The notes beneath the pieces were generated by a model. It was not told the DNA's origin. It was given only the letters and a program-made list of their open reading frames with translations, and ran no database searches. A stretch of 64,000 bases of DNA from assembly GCA_963721455.1 (NCBI GenBank), contig CAVRJG010000015.1, positions 64,001 through 128,000 on the forward strand, in the 5' to 3' direction. Made by a program: the position numbers and the translations under genes. Within the stretch, counting starts at the first letter, position 1, and each line of letters begins with the position of its first letter. Shown here piece after piece: positions 61,721 through 64,000 of the stretch. Source of the DNA: an uncultured Methanosarcinaceae archaeon. GTDB lineage: Archaea > Halobacteriota > Methanosarcinia > Methanosarcinales > Methanosarcinaceae.

Positions 61721-62563
61721 TTGTCTTCGAAAATCAGTCGCGAAACTTTTATCCGGTCTATTGCAGACCTTTTAAGAAAAGCGGAAATCGAGCTTCCTGA
61801 CGATGTAGTGAATGCCCTCAGAAAAGCCGAGGCTGCCGAGGAGAGCCAGGTTGCAAAATCCCAGCTCCAGGCAATCCTGAAAAATATCGACCTTGCAAAA
61901 AGATACGGGGTTCCCATGTGCCAGGATACGGGAATTATGATCTTTTTTGCGGAAATCGGGACCGAGTTTCAGCCCGGCTTTGACCTGGAGGCGACAATCA
62001 GGGAGGCAGTAATCCTTGCAACAGCCGAGATTCCTCTCCGCCCGAATGCTGTAGACCCCCTGACCCGCAAAAACAGCGGAAACAATACAGGAGTTGGAAT
62101 TCCGGATATCCACTGGAAACTCGTTCCGGGAAATCAGTTAAAAATAACCGCTGCCCCGAAAGGTGCAGGTTCGGAAAATATGAGTTCTCTGCGCATGCTT
62201 AACCCTACAGAAACCGGAAGTATCAAAAAATTCGTGCTCGAGACCGTAGTAAATGCCGGAGGAATGCCCTGTCCTCCCCTCACGATAGGAGTGGGAATCG
62301 GGGGTTCCTTTGATGCGGCAGCCAGGCTTGCAAAGGAAGCCCTTCTTGAGCCTCTTGATGCTCCTATGCAGGGATTGGAAAGAGAAATCCAGGAAGCTGT
62401 AAATGCTCTAGGGATCGGCTGCATGGGGCTTGGCGGCAGCACAACCGCCCTTGCAGTGCACGTGAAAACGGCTTACTGCCACACGGCTTCCCTTCCGGTT
62501 GCAGTAAATATACAGTGCTGGGCGAACAGGCATGCTTCAGTCGTGTTCAGGGGAGAGGAATAA
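61721..62563 (+). CDS. class I fumarate hydratase / tartrate dehydratase alpha subunit
   Basis: PMCQDTG, PKGAGSEN, PCPP..IGVGIGG, GLGG.TT, HTASLPV...QCWA motifs. Confidence 0.92.
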   Translation: MSSKISRETFIRSIADLLRKAEIELPDDVVNALRKAEAAEESQVAKSQLQAILKNIDLAKRYGVPMCQDTGIMIFFAEIGTEFQPGFDLEATIREAVILATAEIPLRPNAVDPLTRKNSGNNTGVGIPDIHWKLVPGNQLKITAAPKGAGSENMSSLRMLNPTETGSIKKFVLETVVNAGGMPCPPLTIGVGIGGSFDAAARLAKEALLEPLDAPMQGLEREIQEAVNALGIGCMGLGGSTTALAVHVKTAYCHTASLPVAVNIQCWANRHASVVFRGEE

Positions 62564-63138
62564 TGGAGCATCACCTGCAAACCCCGCTAAGGAGAGAGGA
62601 TATCGAGAAACTCAACGCCGGAGACGTAGTCTATATCTCAGGAGAGGTACTGACAGCCAGGGACGAAGCCCATGCCAGAATTCTCGAGCTTGAGGAAAAA
62701 GGAGAAGAACTTCCTTTCTCCCTTGAAGGGACAGTGATCTACCACTGCGGCCCCCTTATGCAGCAGACTGAAAACGGCTGGAAAGTTATCTCAGCAGGCC
62801 CTACGACCAGCGGCCGGATGTCAAAAATGACGCCTCCTCTCCTGAAAACCCATGAAGTTCGGGCAATTATAGGAAAAGGCGGGATGAAAGGCGTCGCAGA
62901 TGCATTGAAAAACAGATGCGTTTACCTGGCTTACACAGGCGGATGTGCAGCCCTTGCTGCAGAGTTGATTACGGAAGTAAAAGCCGTTCACTGGCTTGAC
63001 CTTGGAATGCCTGAAGCAGTCTGGGTATTCAGGGTAGAAGAGTTTGGGCCGCTTATTGTAGGGATTGACGCCAGAGGGAAAGATATTTTTGCAGAAGTAA
63101 GGGAAAAAGCTGAAAAAATGCTTGAAAAGCAGGGATAA
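62563..63138 (+). CDS. class I fumarate hydratase / tartrate dehydratase beta subunit
   Basis: TARDEAH, YHCGP, GPTTS.RM, GKGGM, DLGMPEAVW motifs; TAATG coupling with the alpha gene. Confidence 0.92.
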   Translation: MEHHLQTPLRREDIEKLNAGDVVYISGEVLTARDEAHARILELEEKGEELPFSLEGTVIYHCGPLMQQTENGWKVISAGPTTSGRMSKMTPPLLKTHEVRAIIGKGGMKGVADALKNRCVYLAYTGGCAALAAELITEVKAVHWLDLGMPEAVWVFRVEEFGPLIVGIDARGKDIFAEVREKAEKMLEKQG

Positions 63139-63162
63139 AGCCAGGATTTTTGTTGGCTGGTG

Positions 63163-63226
63163 TTTTTTGCTAACCGGCACCTTTTTTGCCAGCCAGCACT
63201 TTTTTGCTGACCAGCACCTTTCTGCT
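63163..63226 (+). repeat. imperfect ~19-bp tandem repeat (TTTTTTGCnnnCCRGCAC), 3.5 copies, likely terminator region
   Basis: Units read directly downstream of the beta-subunit stop. Confidence 0.65.
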
Positions 63227-63458
63227 ATTCCTCTGGCCTTTTTTCATCCTTAACTATTATTTTTAGAATTTATTTAGCGTTCAACGTTACTCAGCTTCAG
63301 AAGTAAACTGTATCTTTTCGCTTTTAGCAGCAATTGCAGATGGCAGCAGGAATATATCGTCCGGACCTCTGCCTTCAGGATTTGAATAGTCTGGCGGATT
63401 TGCAGGCTCAAAGAAAGGACTTTGTAAAGCTCAGTCATAAATATCTCAAAGACCGGCT

Positions 63459-63737
63459 TTAATCGTAATTGTCCTCAAGATGCCTGAAAGCTTTTACGAG
63501 AGACTCCATTTTTCGGACAATAATTCTCCCTAGAAGAGAAAGGTCATATATCCTATCCTCCTGAACCACAAGCCCGTTTTCTTTTAGCCTTTTAAGCTGG
63601 GGCAGGATTGCAACGGAGTTCGTATCAAGTTCATTATTGATTTCTTCGATGGTCCGGGGCTTTTCTTTAAGAAGGAGAAGCAGATCTGTCCTCTTTTCGG
63701 AGGATAGAAGAATTGTGATCAGGGAAGATCTCATCAT
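63459..63737 (-). pseudogene. truncated winged-helix regulator (DUF1724-type N-terminus only)
   Basis: SEKRTDLLLLL.E.P....EI...L......ILPQLKRL.E.GLV is the typical Methanosarcina wHTH. It stops at EDNYD, whereas family members continue for roughly 170 more residues. Confidence 0.6.
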
Positions 63738-64000
63738 CTCTACTTATAAATCATAAATATATAATTTTTCATCCTCAATTTTATAATTCCATGACAAATT
63801 AGCTCAAGAGCTTTGATTGGCAGAAAGGTCCTGTTTTTTAAACAGAATTGCCACGAAAATGGATAAACAGGTTTTTACCCTCAATAAGATGAATAAAAAA
63901 GAGAAAAAGCATTTTCATCCTGAGATATAGTTCTGAAATAGTTCTTCCAGCCTTAAATAATCTTTTAAGATTATTTCAAACTACAGGCTGTTTTATTTCT

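Overview
This is archaeal chromosomal DNA from a Methanosarcina-type methanogen. The evidence is a monomethylamine methyltransferase pair mtmC-mtmB with an in-frame amber (pyrrolysine) codon, a trpCBADFEG operon, diphthamide genes and an archaeal GHMP shikimate kinase. The first ~27 kb is mostly housekeeping: TrpY-like regulator, LeuC/HacA, hisE, NOG1 GTPase, hxlB, an arvA/oapA-arvB/oapB GTPase cassette, PhoU, aroK-chorismate mutase-purE, dph5/dph6, Trx/TrxR and TPR proteins. A decayed junction with a rimK deletion scar, repeats and an orphan RHH-thioredoxin-fold gene follows at ~27-31.8 kb, then the trp operon. Positions 39.5-47.1 kb hold four uncharacterised paralogous proteins built of a 23-residue helical repeat, with a candidate structured RNA among them. 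The remainder carries mtmC-mtmB, a type I restriction-modification locus whose hsdS is damaged specifically in its two target-recognition domains, an iron-sulfur flavoprotein and a two-subunit fumarate hydratase. Three genes appear to begin at non-canonical codons (ATA, ACG, ATC). No rRNA, tRNA, CRISPR array or intact transposase was seen. All calls come from reading the sequence and recalling family motifs; no searches were run.
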